A stretch of DNA of 64,000 nucleotides from Torpedo marmorata (Eukaryota): positions 68,448,001 through 68,512,000 of the forward strand of contig OZ360222.1 of assembly GCA_977017645.1 (NCBI GenBank), read 5' to 3'. Of this stretch, positions 24,192-36,975 are shown piece after piece (the first letter of the stretch is position 1; each line of letters starts with the position of its first letter). The position numbers and the translations under genes are program-made. The notes under the pieces are model-generated. The model searched no databases, was not told the origin of the DNA, and worked only from the letters and a program-made list of their open reading frames with translations.

Positions 24192-26351
24192 TAAGGACAC
24201 CTTTAAGATGCAATGTCTCAAGAAAGCAGCCTTTATCCTCAAGGACCCTCACCACCCAGGCCATGTCCTTTTCTTACAGCTACCATCTGGAAGGAGGTAC
24301 AGGAGACTGAAGACTAACACCCAACATTACAAAAACAGCTTCTTCCCCACCACCATCAAATTTCTAAATGGACAATGAACCTTCAGACACTACCTCACTT
24401 ATTTCTCTTTTTGCACTAATTATTTATTTTAAATATTGTATTAACGGAACTGAGATTTTTAGCAATTTTTGCACCTGTAATGCACAATACTGCTGCCACA
24501 AAAGAACAAATTTTGTAACACATTCATGACAATAAATCTGATTCTTATTTTGAATCTGGATAGTTTCATGGTTTATACTAAATTCATCCATCATTCCTTC
24601 ACTCATCACCCCTCCCCAACTTAATCACCACTGCTTTCACTTATTAGCTGGATCCCATCTTTTTTTGTAACATATTTGGTCTGTCAAACCATGTTGATTT
24701 GTTTTCCATCAGCTTCATTCCTCCTTGGACTTTTCCTGGAGCTTTAACTAAATATATACCTTGGTGGTCTCTTGTTATTTCCTTAAGAATTGGAACCGAA
24801 ACCCTCCATTCAGCCAATCAAGTGTACCCCGGCAATCCATTCACTCATGTATTTCTCTGTAACCTTTTCTCTCACATGACCTCACCCCACCCCCCTTATC
24901 ACCACCCCAATTCTTCCACCAGCCAACCACAATTAGAGTAATGCACAGTAGCTGATTATCTTTAGAACCAGCACATCTTTGGAATGTAGGAGGAAACTAG
25001 AGTACGCAGGTCTGCTGCTGTCTGTGTGGCCACATGGTGAATGTGCAAAGCCCACACAGAGAGCAGCAGATATCAGAATTAAACCTAGGCCACTGGATCA
25101 GTGGGAGAGCTCACCACCTGTGGTGACACCCTGTCACTCACTAGTTATTTAGCCTAAATGACTTCCAAACAGTGGCACAGTGATGAAGTGTTTTGAGAGG
25201 CCGGTGTGAAAGCACATCAGCTCCTGTCCGAGCAGTGACATGGATCCATTCCAATTTGCCTACCGCAGCAACAGGTTTTCGGCAGATGCTACCTCACTGG
25301 CTCCACCATCATCCCCTCAAAACTGATCAGTAAACTCCAATACCCCACTGTGTAATTGGATCCTGGATTTCATCACCTCCAGACTCCAATCAGTGCGGAT
25401 TGGCAAGAACATCTCCTCCACAATCTCCATCAGCTCAAGAGCACCACAGGGCTTCATTCTTATCCCCCTGCTCTACTCGCTTTACACCTATGACTGCGTG
25501 GTTCGGTACAACAATTACATCACCTATAAATTTGCTGATGATACCACTGTAGTGCGTTGCATAAAAAGGGGTGATGAGTCAGCATACAGGAGGGAGATTG
25601 AAAACTTAGCTGAATGGTGTACTAACTACAACCTCACACTCAATGTCACCAAAACCAAGGAGCTGATTGTAGACTTTAGGAATGGAAAACCAGCCATGTA
25701 TGATCCAGTGATCATTGGGGATCAGAGATGGAAGGGTGTACAAATTTAAGCTCCTGGGAGTTACTATCTCAAAGGAACTTTCCTGGACCCAACACACGAA
25801 TGTCATCGTGAAGAGAGCAAGACAGCTCCTCTATTTCCTCAGGAGTTTGCAGAGGTTTGGTATGACATCGAAAACCTTGGCAAACTTCTACAGATGTGTG
25901 CTGACCGGCTGCATCATGGCCTGGTTTGGGAGCACCAATATCTCTGAGCAGAAAGCCCTGCAAAAGGTAGTGGACACAGCCCAGTACATCACAGGCAAAA
26001 CCATCGAGAAAATTCACATGGAACACTGCCGTCGGAGAGCAGCAGCAATCATTAAGGATCCACACCACCCAGGACATGCTCTGTTCTCGTTGCTGTCATC
26101 AGGAAAGAGGTATAGGTGACACAAGACTCATACCACCAAGTTCAGGAACAGTTGTTACCCCTTCACCATTAGATTCCTAAACAACAAATTCAATCAGAGA
26201 CTCAATTAAGGACTCTTACTTTACACATGATTTATTATTGAATATTTATTTTCTATATTGCACAGCCAGTTTGTTTACATTTCTTTCTTTGTTTACATTC
26301 TCTCTTTTGCATACGTATCTATTCTTGAATATAGATTTTGCACTACTGATA

Positions 26352-27649
26352 CAATGCCCACCATAATGTTTGGGACAGTCACTTTTTAACTTTATTTGCC
26401 ACTGTGGTCCACAGTTTTTAAATTTGTAATCAGACAATTCACATGTAATTAAAGTGCACATTCCAGATTTTATTCAAGGCTAATTTACAGCGCCAGCGAT
26501 CGGGACCGGACCTGGGTTCGAATCCCGTGCTGTCTGTAAGGAGTTTGTACGTTCTCCCCGTGTCTGCCTGGGTTTTCTCTGGGGGCTCCGGTTTCCTCCC
26601 ACCCTTCAATGGGGTGTAAATTGGGCGGCATGGACCCGTAGGGCCGAATTGGCCTGTTACAGTGCTGTATGTCTAAATTTTAAAATTAAATTTGTATACA
26701 TTTTGGTTTGACCATGTAGAAATTACAGCACTTTTTATACATCGTCTCCTCATTTCAGGGCACCATAATATTTGGGACATTTGACTTCACAGGTGTTTGA
26801 GAGTATTCAGGTATGTTTAATTGCTTCATTGGTGCAGGTATAAGAGAGCTAAACTTGCTTCTAAGCTTTTGATCACCTTTGGTGTCTGTAGTTACCATTT
26901 TTCAACATGATGACCAGAGTTGTGCCAATGAAAGTCAAAGAAGCCATTATGAGGCTGAAAAACAAGAATAAAACAGTAAGAGATATCGCCCAAACATTAG
27001 GATTACCAAAATCAACTGCTTTGGAACATCATTAAGAAAAAAGAGTATACTGGTGAGCTCAGAAATCGCAAAGGGACTGGTATTCTAAAGAAAACCTCCA
27101 GTGCGGATGACAGAAGAATTCTCATCATAATGAAGAAAAATCCCCAAACCTATATCCAACAGATCAGAAACACTCTTCAGGAGACAGGTGTGGGTGGATA
27201 TGAAATTGGCTACTGTCTGCAGAAGATTTCATGAACAGAAATACAGAGGCTACACTGCAAAATGCAAACCATGCCAAAGGTGGTATGCTTTGGATCTTGG
27301 GCAGTTCCTTTACGCCTCCACACTTTGCTCTTGCCATCACTCTGATACAGGTTAATCTTGATCTCATCTGTCCACAAGATCTTTTTGTCCAGAATTCTGC
27401 AGGCTATTTTACATACTTCTTCAGAAGGCATGTGTGGATATGTCAATGACTACTGTCTGCAGACGACTTCATGAAAAGAAATACAGAGGCTACACTGCAG
27501 GATGCAAACCATTAGTTAGTCACAGAAAGGATGGCCAGATTACAGTTTGCTAAGAAGTATTTAAAAGAGCCTGCAAATTTAAAACTGTGGAGCACAGGGG
27601 CAAATAAGGAAAAAATCTGCCTTTGTCCCAAACATTATGGAGGGCACTG
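26352..27649 (+). mobile_element. Tc1-family transposon, internally deleted and rearranged
   Basis: TIR CAATGCCCACCATAATGTTTGGGACA / TGTCCCAAACATTATGGAGGGCACTG; left TA; inner DR ~26759-26780; HTH TVRDIAQTLGLPKST; ILWTDE present on the opposite strand. Confidence 0.85.
26484..26692 (+). mobile_element. tRNA-derived SINE nested in Tc1
   Basis: B box GGTTCGAATCC, core CTCCGGTTTCCTCCCAC, CR1-like 3' end. Confidence 0.8.
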
Positions 27650-30645
27650 GCAGGGGGGTAGGAATCAGAATGAGAAAGCAGAGAGTAGGGTAGAAGAACA
27701 CCTAGATTTGAAGGAAGAGAGGAACCAGAATGTTAAAGTTAATGAAGGAGAGGGTAATCAAAGGAGTGTATGTGGGGGACATTCTCTCAAGTGTATATAT
27801 TTCAATGCAAGGAGCATTGTTAGAAAGGTGAATGAGCTTAGAGTATGGATTGATACATGGAAATATGATATTGTAGCCATCAGTGAAACTTGGTTGCAGG
27901 AGGGGCATGATTGGCAGCTAAATATTCCTGGATTCCGTTGTTTTAGGCGTGATAGAACAGGGGGGATAAAAGGTGGAGGAGTCGCAGTGCTTGTTAGAGA
28001 AATTATTACAGCGGTGCTATGGCAGGATAGATTGGAGGGCTCGTCCAGTGAGGCTATTTGGGTGGAATTGAGGAATGGGAAAGGCATGAAAACACTAATG
28101 GGAGTGTATTATAGACCACCGAATGGGCAGAGGGAATTAGAGGAGGAAATTTGTAAGGAGATAGAATATATGTGTAATAAACATAAGGTGGTGATTAAAG
28201 GTGATTATAACTTTCCACACATTGACTGGGACGCCCATACTGTAATAGGGCTGGATGGGTTGGAGTTTGTCAAATGTGTTCAGGAAAGTTTTCCAAATAA
28301 ACACATAGAAGAACCGACTAGAGAGGGGGCAGTATTGGATCTCCTATTTGTGAACGAGATAGGTCAGGTGACAGAGGTTTGTGTTGGGGAACACTTTGGG
28401 TCTAGTGATCATAATACCATTAGTTTTAGGTTGATAATGGAGAAGGATAGGGCTGGGCCTATGGTTGAGATTCTTGATTGGAATAAGGCAAATTTCAAGG
28501 AGATGAGGAAGGATTTAGAGGGTGTGGATTGGGATAATTTATTTTCAGGGAAGGACGTCACAGATAAATGGAGGATATTCAAAGGGGAAATTTTGAGAGA
28601 ACAGAGTTGGTTCGTCCCTGTGAGGATTAAAGGAAGAGTTAGAAAAAATATAGGGAGCCTTGGTTTTCAAAGGATATTGGGAATTTGGTTCGGAGGAAGA
28701 GGGATGTGTACAACAGGTATAGACAGCAGGGAATAGATGAGGTCCTTGAGGAATATAAGGAGTGTAAAAAAAATCTTAAGAAAGGAATTAGAAAGGCTAA
28801 AAGGAGATATGAGGCTGCTTTGGCAGGAAAGGTAAAAAATAAATCCAAAGGGTTTCTACAGGTACATTAAAAGCAAAAGAATAGTGAGGGATAAAATTGG
28901 GCCCATTGAGGATCAGGCGGGGAGGCTATGTGAGAAGTCAGAGGAGATGGGGGAGATTTTAAATGAATTTTTTTCTTCAATATTTACAAAGGAAAGAAAT
29001 ATTGAGCCAGGTGAAGTAAGGAAATCTGGCAGTGATGTCATGGATAATATAAAGATTAATGAGGAGGTAGTATTGGCTATTTTAAAGAGTATAAAGGTGG
29101 ATAAATCTCCAGGTCCTGACAGGATATTCCCGAGGACCCTGAGGGAGGTTAATGTACAAATAGTGGGGGCTCTGACATAAATATTTAAAATGTCACTGGC
29201 CACAGGGGAGGTGCCGGAGGATTGGAGGATAGCTCATGTCCCGCTGTTTAAGAAGGGCTCCAAAAGTAAACCTGGAAATTATAGGCCTGTGAGTCTGACA
29301 TCGGTGGTAGGTAAATTAATGGAGAGTGTTCTTAGAGATGGTGTATACAGTTATTTGGAAACACAAGCATTAATTAGGAGTAGTCAACACGGTTTTGTTC
29401 GTGGTAGATCACGTTTAACAAATCTCATAGAGTTTTTCGATGAGGTTACTAAGAAGGTTGACGAGGGGAAGGCTGTGGATGTTTCCTATATGGACTTTAG
29501 TAAGGCATTTGACAAGGTTCCGCATAACAGGCTAGTTAAAAATGTTCAAGCATTAGGTATTAACAACGAAGTAGTGAAATGGATTCAACAATGGTTGGAT
29601 AGGAGATGCCAGAGAGTAGTGGTGGAAAATTGTTTGTCAAATTGGAGGCTGGTGACTAGTGGTGTGCCTCAGGGATCGGTACTGGGTCCATTGTTGTTTG
29701 TCATATATATTAAAGATCTAGATGATAGGGTGGTAAATTGGATTAGTAAGTATGCAGATGATACGAAGATTGGTGGTGTTGTGGACAGTGAAGAGGGATA
29801 TAAAAGTTTGCAGGGGGATATAGGACAGTTAGAAGAGTGGGCGGAAACATGGCAGATGGAGTTTAATACTGATAAATGTGAGGTGCTACATTTTGGTAGG
29901 ATTAATCAGCAAAGGTCATACATGTTAAATGGAAGACAATTGAGGAGTGCAGTAGAACAGAGGGATTTAGGAATTCTGGTACATAATTCCCTGAAAGTTG
30001 AGTCACACGTAGATAGGGTGGTGAAGAAAGCATTTGGTATGTCAGCGTATTGAATACGGGAGTTGGGATGTCATGTTGAAGTTGTATAAGGCATTGGTGA
30101 GGCCAAATTTGGAATATTGTGCGCTGTTTTGGTTGCCGAATTACATGAAGAACAGTGCAGAGGAGATTTACAAGAATGTTGCCTGGGTTTCTGGGTTTGA
30201 GTTACAGGGAAAGGTTGAACAGGCTGGGACTTTATTCCCTCGAGCGTAGAAGGTTGAGGAGTGATTTGATAGAGGTATTTAAAATTATGAAGGGGACAGA
30301 TAGAGTCAATGTGGATAGGCGTTTTCCATTGAGAGTGGGGAAGATTCGAACAAGAGGGCATGGATTGAGATTGAAGTGGGAAAAGTTTAGAGTAAACATG
30401 CATGGTAATTTATTCACTCAGAGGGTGGTGGGAGGGTGGAACGAGCTTCTGGCCGAAGTGGTAGATGCAGGTTTAATTTTAATGTTTAAGGAAAAGTTGG
30501 ATAGGTATATGGATGAGAGAGATGTGGAGGGTTATGGGCCAGGTGAAGGTCAGTGGGACTAGGTGGGAGAAGGTGTTCGGCATGGACTAGAAGGGCCAAA
30601 CTGGCCTGTTTCTGTGCTGTAAGTGTTATATGGTTATATGGTTAT
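27650..30645 (+). mobile_element. CR1 LINE family A, nearly full ORF2, disrupted
   Basis: YFNARS, ETWL, YRPP, SDHN, KSPGPD, GVPQGSVLGP, YADDTK; frameshifts; (TATATGGT)n tail. Confidence 0.95.
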
Positions 30646-31122
30646 AAGTAGAAATTCTGCCTGGCCCACAGGAAAAAAAATCTCAGGGTTGTATGTGATG
30701 TACTCTAACAATAAATCTGAACTTTGAACTTTATTTAGGGTATGGGCCTGACTAGTCGTAACTCAGTACGGAAATATTATATTAGAGGAATGAAAATTTT
30801 AAAAATTAATTGTTGCCAGGAAGTCTGAAATAAAAACAAAAAAGGCTGGAAACACTCGGCAGAAAATATTGTTGGTAAACAAGTAATTCTGCAGATGCTG
30901 GGGTCTAGTGCAGTACACTAAAGTTCTGGAGAACTCAGCAAGTCACACAGCATTCGTAGGAGGTAAAACGTAGTCCACATTTCAGGCCTGAGCCTTTCCT
31001 GACCAAAGGGCAGCATGTACAAAAGTGCCATGCTTCCACATTATGGAACTGAAATGCCAAGTTATTTTTGAATTGGAACTTGAACCCACAATAACGAAAA
31101 GAAGCTCTCGAACCAGATGAAT

Positions 31123-31976
31123 ATGGTGGCATTGCCAGAGCCGCTGTAGCAGCAGCGCTGCCACTGGTGCGGACCCGCGGGGAGCGTGGGAGTGGAGATA
31201 CAGCATTTCTACGGGGTCCAGCCGCCCAGTCGACTGCTGTCGGTTCCGCACGGGCTTTGAACGGCCCGTTAAAGGAGCCGACGGTGGTTTTATTTGAGAT
31301 CCCGCGACCACGGGGTCCGCGCCCAAGATGGCAGCACCTTTAACTGGCAGCAGCCACGAAAGGGCTGCAGATTCCAGGGAAGCGGAGGACTGGAGCAGGG
31401 CACCAGAGGACGGGAAGATCAACGCCCGTCTGAGAAGGAGAAGCGGAGGAGACGACCCATGGGACGGTAACCACGGCGGCGGACCGGTGAGGGGCTTTGA
31501 GGCTGAAGGACCAGTGCATGTGGCGGGCTGCTGGCGACTCGAGGCGAGGAACCCGCGGAAGCTGTTGGTTGCTGGAGACTGCTGTCAGGGGACTCATGCC
31601 GGGCTGCAGACTGCTGGAGACTGGCTCGAACTGGCTGGAGGAGTACCAGGTATCGGAACCGGGATGCGAGGGGGTGCCGAGGGCGCCCTGACCGTGTTGG
31701 AGGTTCGGAACTGGAGCTCGGGTTGCCGATGGTTTGGACTGGACTCTGTGTGGCTGCGGAGGCTGCGGAAGCACTGGAGGCGAATCTACGGACACTCGGT
31801 GACTCTGGGGGGACTCTCTTTTGCTTCTCTTTCTCTGACTGTAAGGAATGTTAGAGGCGCTTAGGCAATTTGTGCCGGTGGCGAATCTGTCTGCCTTGTA
31901 GCAGGCAAAAAGAAATTTCATGGAATATGACACTGTCTTATTACTATGACAATAAATTGAATCTTGAATCTTGAAT
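31123..31976 (+). mobile_element. GC-rich non-autonomous retroposon, copy 4
   Basis: Full length from ATGGTGGC to (TTGAATC)n. Confidence 0.85.
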
Positions 31977-33998
31977 AACCTGTGGACTTTACATATTGGA
32001 AGTGGCAGCTGAACTTGTAGTCATGAACAAATTAACTTGTCCGTTTACGTATAACTATTTTCAAACCCAAAATTCTGAAAATCTATCATATGCAGTCTTT
32101 CTCTCTTCCCTCAATCTACAAGCTCAAGTTTAGTGTCTTCTTATCAATGAATTTGAAATAATTTATGTGTATTTAGTCTTTCCACCCTTGGAGATGTTCT
32201 ACACCATGAGACTTCACCCATGTCTCTTAATTTGACATAAAATCGATAAGTGACACAGAAGAGAAGGAAAACTTTGAAGCATCCTTGCACCAAACATATT
32301 TACCTTAAATAGCATTATACGAATTTCAGGAAAAGCTTTTAATGTACATATTGGGATGAAATAGCTTTAAAGGAGAAACTTTCTGAAACTGGTGAACTCC
32401 ATTTTACTGCTTTTAACGATGGATGTAATATTCATGACAGAACCAAAGTGAGCTGTATATCTTTGTACAGGAAATAGCATTTTTTGGCGGGGATGAAGAA
32501 TGAGACATCAGGGCAAAGGTTGATGTCAGATGTTCAACAAAAATGGAAATCACAGTCTGCAGCTTGAAGTCTGTATATGACATTGTAAGTTATCCAAACC
32601 AAAAATAATTCCCCTTAAAGCAGATTTAATGAACCATCTGGACTGAATATATTTATAGGCTAGGAATTCTAATGTTGTTGTAGAATTCTCAGACTATTGG
32701 GCTCCTCCATATTTTTTAAAGAATAATTTCGAGTTTAGTGCAAATTTCCAATGAAGCTTAACTGTTTGAGGACTGCTGCGACATTTCGACAGGCAAACTC
32801 ATTTCAAAGAAGCAGTTAGCAGATCGTAAACATATTTTCATTCTGATCTTCATATCAAGGAAACTTGACTGGTCAGTGACAGAGGTCATGGTCAATGTCC
32901 CAGACTGATTTTCTTCAAGTGGTGGGGACTGATCAAAAATATGAGACAAGGAAACGTGTGTGGAATGTTTTTCTCTTGTGGGACACAGTCCACTATTTCA
33001 GTGGCATTATGTGCACCCACATTGCATCAAGCGTAGCCAACTCAAAATAATATCAGATCAGTTTATTTGTTACTATCAGAACATTGAACATGACGAACAG
33101 CAAGCAGCCACAGGCTCAAGAGCCTGAACATAGTTTATGCATGTGTTGCAGTACACAAAAGAGCTGGCAAAGTTCGGCAGATAATACAGCATCCAGAGTA
33201 AGTAAAAGGCAGTTGATGTTTCAGGCCTGAGCCCTTCCTCAGGCACTCCTGCAGATTTTCTTATTTACCTCCCTTATATATGTGTTATTTGTGGCATATT
33301 TCTAGAAGACCTGGCCTTCCAAAGTACACCTTTGCCAACATCAGGGGCCAGAAATTGATGAAAACATGATGCTTTCCTTAAAAAATTGCTTTCTAAAAAT
33401 GCTGTTAATTTTACAGTAAACAAAATTTCCTTTAGCGCATAGTTCAAGGTCATGGAGCCTAGGCTTACTTTTGGAAGTGGAGGCTGACACACGTGGAGAT
33501 GGCTCTGAATTGTTGGATGTATGCATGCAGCTTGGTGCAGCTTGGTGGAGCTTTTAAGCTGAATTGAAATGAAGTCTGGGGACATTAAGTGGCATGAGCT
33601 TTGTCAACATGCGTGTTCTTGATGTAAGATGTTCAGAGAGCAAGAAATCTCTCTCAATAGGATTAGGGACATTGACTTGGACATATCTAAACAGCAGAAT
33701 GTGTCACAAGAAAGACCAGAGAAGGTGGAGAGTTGAGTTACCTTGCTTGCCAGACTTTCAGCAGTTGGATGCATAAACTTGCAATCACAAATTCATTCAG
33801 AATGACGTGACATCATTGTGATCTTTCAGCAGATGCAAATTCTGAGATACAGAGGTTTACAATGCGAGATTTCAGTTGTGGCCTTGGTGGTGTTTTTTAT
33901 CTATATTTGCAGCTTTGTATACTGGTTATCTTCAGGTTGCCATCCAAGTGAAACACCCCAGAATATTCACTTGAACTTTTTCTCACAGTTTTTGAGTA

Positions 33999-35866
33999 CC
34001 GTATATTTCGGCGTATAAGTCGACCGGCAGATAAGTCGACCCCCCTTTTTCAGCCCCATTTTAATGGGTTTATTGTATATCCGGCGTATAAGTCGATCCC
34101 CAAAAATCGCGATGCCTGAGATGTTGCGCATTGACCGGCGTATAAGTCGACCCCCAAAAATCGCGATGATTGCGCTACTGAGCGTTGACCGGCATATAGG
34201 TCGACCCACAACGATCGCGCTGATTGAGCTGCTGGGCGTTGGCTGGAGGTGATTGTTATCATGGAGGCTCAATTGAAACGACGAAAGTATGAGGCGAGTT
34301 TTAATTTAAAAGTTATAGAAATGGCCAAGAAAACCAACAACTGTGCTGCTGCAAGAAAATTTGATATATACGAGAAGTTGGTAAGAGATTGGAGGAAGAA
34401 AGAAGATACTTTAAGAAAAATACCAAAAAGGCAATGTTCGATGAGAAGAGGAATCACTCGTTGGCCAGAGTTGGAAAATCATGTCGCAGCATGGGTACGT
34501 GAACAGAGGCAAGATTGCTACATTGTCACCCGAAATAAAATAAGAACATTTGCACTGAAGTGGGCAAAGTCGCGCCCAGAACTCAGTAATGATTTTGAAG
34601 CTACAGTAGGCTGGTGCAACCGTTTCATGAACAGGAAAAATCTGGTTTTACGACAAAAAACTAAAATGGCTCAGAAACTACCAAAAGATCTTGATCATAA
34701 AGTTGTAAGTTTTCACCAGTTTATTTTACGTAACCGGCAGAAACACAAGTTTGCATTGGCAAATATTGGAAACATGGACGAAACCTCCATGAATTTTGGC
34801 ATGATAGGCAATAGAACAGTGGAATGGAAAGGTGTGAAAACTGTGCAAACCAGGAGTACAGGACATGAAAGGACCAGGTTTACCGTGGTGTTATCGTGCA
34901 TGGCCGACGGGACAAAGTTAAGACCCATGGTAATCTTCAAGCGCAAACTTAAACCTAAAATAAATTTCCCAGCAGGTATTTTTGTACATTTTCATGAAAA
35001 AGGATGGATGGATGAAAATGATATAAAACTATGGATAGACAATGTGTGGAACAGGCGGCCAGGCGGTTTACGCAAGGAACGGAGTTTGCTGGTCTGGGAT
35101 ATGTTTCGTAGCCACTTAACTGAGAAGACTAAAAGTAGATTAGCACAACATAATACTTACATGGCGGTTATCCCGGGTGGCTTGACGTCTATATTGCAAC
35201 CTCTCGATGTCTGCTTGAACAAGCCATTCAAAGACCATGTGCGTGAAGAGTGGAATACATGGATGACGAGTGCAGAAAAATCATTTACAAAAGGCGGGGC
35301 AATGTGTGCTGCATCGCTTGATGTGCTGTGTGACTTCGTGCTCAAGGCATGGGACAAAGTGAAAGTAGAGACTGTAATAAAATCATTTAAAAAGTGTGGT
35401 ATCTCTTGTGCAATTGATGGTACGGAAGATGATTTATTGTGGGACACTGATGATGAAGCTGAAGACACCTCATCAGATACAGACTGGGACCCGATCGATG
35501 ACTGTTTAAACAGTGAGACCCCAGATGTGCTTGCCGAGATCTTTGCCTCAGACGATGATAGCGAAAGTGATTTTGAAGGGTTCTAATTGTCTTGTTGTTT
35601 TCAATAAAAATGTCAATGAAAATTTGTTGCAGTCGGGTTTTTTTTTGGTTTTTCAAGTGTCGACTTATACGCCGAATCGTGTTTTCAAGGGTCGACTTAT
35701 ACGCCGAATCGGGTTTTCAAGGGTCGACTTATACGCAGAATCGGCGTGGATTGGTTAATGAGCTGATTTTAAGGTCTCAAAAGTATATCCGGCGTATAAG
35801 TCGACCCCCGTTTTTTGAGAGATTTTTGAGGGTTTCAAGACTCGACTTATACGCCGAAATATACGG
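33999..35866 (+). mobile_element. pogo-family (POGK/Passer-like) transposon, apparently intact
   Basis: Perfect 25-bp TIRs CCGTATATTTCGGCGTATAAGTCGA; TA on both sides; single ORF. Confidence 0.95.
34261..35586 (+). CDS. pogo-type DD35D transposase, 441 aa
   Basis: N-terminal Brinker-like HTH, CENP-B/Tc5 HTH (GWCNRFMNR), catalytic NMDET, VWD-35 residues-D(V), acidic tail. Confidence 0.92.
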   Translation: MEAQLKRRKYEASFNLKVIEMAKKTNNCAAARKFDIYEKLVRDWRKKEDTLRKIPKRQCSMRRGITRWPELENHVAAWVREQRQDCYIVTRNKIRTFALKWAKSRPELSNDFEATVGWCNRFMNRKNLVLRQKTKMAQKLPKDLDHKVVSFHQFILRNRQKHKFALANIGNMDETSMNFGMIGNRTVEWKGVKTVQTRSTGHERTRFTVVLSCMADGTKLRPMVIFKRKLKPKINFPAGIFVHFHEKGWMDENDIKLWIDNVWNRRPGGLRKERSLLVWDMFRSHLTEKTKSRLAQHNTYMAVIPGGLTSILQPLDVCLNKPFKDHVREEWNTWMTSAEKSFTKGGAMCAASLDVLCDFVLKAWDKVKVETVIKSFKKCGISCAIDGTEDDLLWDTDDEAEDTSSDTDWDPIDDCLNSETPDVLAEIFASDDDSESDFEGF

Positions 35867-36164
35867 TATGTCATTCGGTGCAGTGCTGCCATTTGTTGCC
35901 ACTTGTGAATCACAAGCTGCGCTGGAGAAACTGATGTGAGAGTGGCAACAAACCCAAGCCAGAGATGAATGCAGTTGGGTGGTGAGGTTAATTAGCTCAC
36001 GACTTTGTTGTCTGTCTGGTGCCTTCTTCCTGCTCAAGTATCTAATCAAGCTCACCAATGGCACAGCTTGTCTTTTTGTTAATTGTGGTGGACAGTCAAA
36101 TAATAATACTAAAGTGGTTGAATTCGACCATGACTTTAAATGGTATTTGACTGATTATGACAAG

Positions 36165-36975
36165 AGAGTCATAGAGTCATGGAGACATACAGCAGAGAAC
36201 AGGACCTTGGGTCCAACTTGTTCATGCCAATTAAGTTGGCATTCTGGGCTAGTCCTATTTGCCTACATTTGATTCATACCCTTCAAAACACTTCCTATTC
36301 ATATATCTGTCTAAATGCCATTTGACCATCATAATTGTACCCCTTTCTATAGCATCCCCTGACAGCTCATTGCAGATAAGGACTACACTCTGAGTGAAAA
36401 AGTTGCCCCTGACATCCCTCTTAAATCTCTCCCCTCTCACTTTAAACCTTCACCCTTTGGTTCTAGAATCATCTACCCTGGGAAAAAAGACTGTGATCAT
36501 TCACTATATCCATGCCCCCCATTACTTTATATACACCTACAAGGTTACCCCTCAACCTCCTATGCTCCAGGGAATAAAGATCCAGCCAATCCAGCCGTTC
36601 CCTGTGACTAAACCCTTCCAGTCCGAACAACATCCCGGTGAATCTATTCTTTCTGATGTTGACTCCTTCCTAAACCTGGGCGATCAGAATTGCACACAGT
36701 CCTTCAAATGTGGCCTGACCAACACCTGGTCACCTGGTACAGCAGTGTCATGATGTGCCAGCTTTTGTAGTCAATACCCCACCCAATGAAAGCAAGTGTG
36801 CCAAACACCTTCTTCACCACCCTGTCCATCTGAGCAATCACTTTCAGGGTCTACCATTTACTGCATAAGTCCTGCTCTGGTTTGATTTACCCATGTGCAA
36901 AACTTCATACTTATCAAAGTTAAATTCCATTTGCCACCACTTGGCCCACCTCCTCAACTGATCTAGATCATTCCT
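36165..36975 (-). mobile_element. Older CR1 3' fragment
   Basis: RGERFKRDVRGNFFTQ on the minus strand; degenerate. Confidence 0.75.

Larger units (their letters stand above)
20065..24555 (+). mobile_element. Rex/Babar fragment (20065-20255 and 24193-24555) split by L1
   Basis: ESILTGCITVWYG before the insert, KDPHHPGH...LPSGRRY after it; GACAATAAA tail. Confidence 0.8.
25180..30731 (+). mobile_element. Rex/Babar LINE (25180-26351 and 30646-30731) hosting Tc1 and CR1
   Basis: APQG, KFADDTTV, KTKELIVDFR, KDPHHPGH; 3'UTR resumes AGTAGAAATTCTGCC after 30645, matching the intact 3'UTR at ~14400-14500. Confidence 0.85.

Noticed and set aside
24192-24242. N-terminal MRIKAAFL... extension of the 1239-aa ORF
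   Set aside because: Antisense Rex flank with a non-ATG start; not part of L1.
27531-27781. Tc1-CR1 fusion at the start of the 401-aa ORF
   Set aside because: Only ~15 Tc1 codons followed by TIR and spacer read-through; the CR1 portion frameshifts downstream.
34261-35586. Domesticated POGK gene
   Set aside because: Intronless, no KRAB domain, flanked by TIRs and TA, with a second copy nearby, so it is a transposon.
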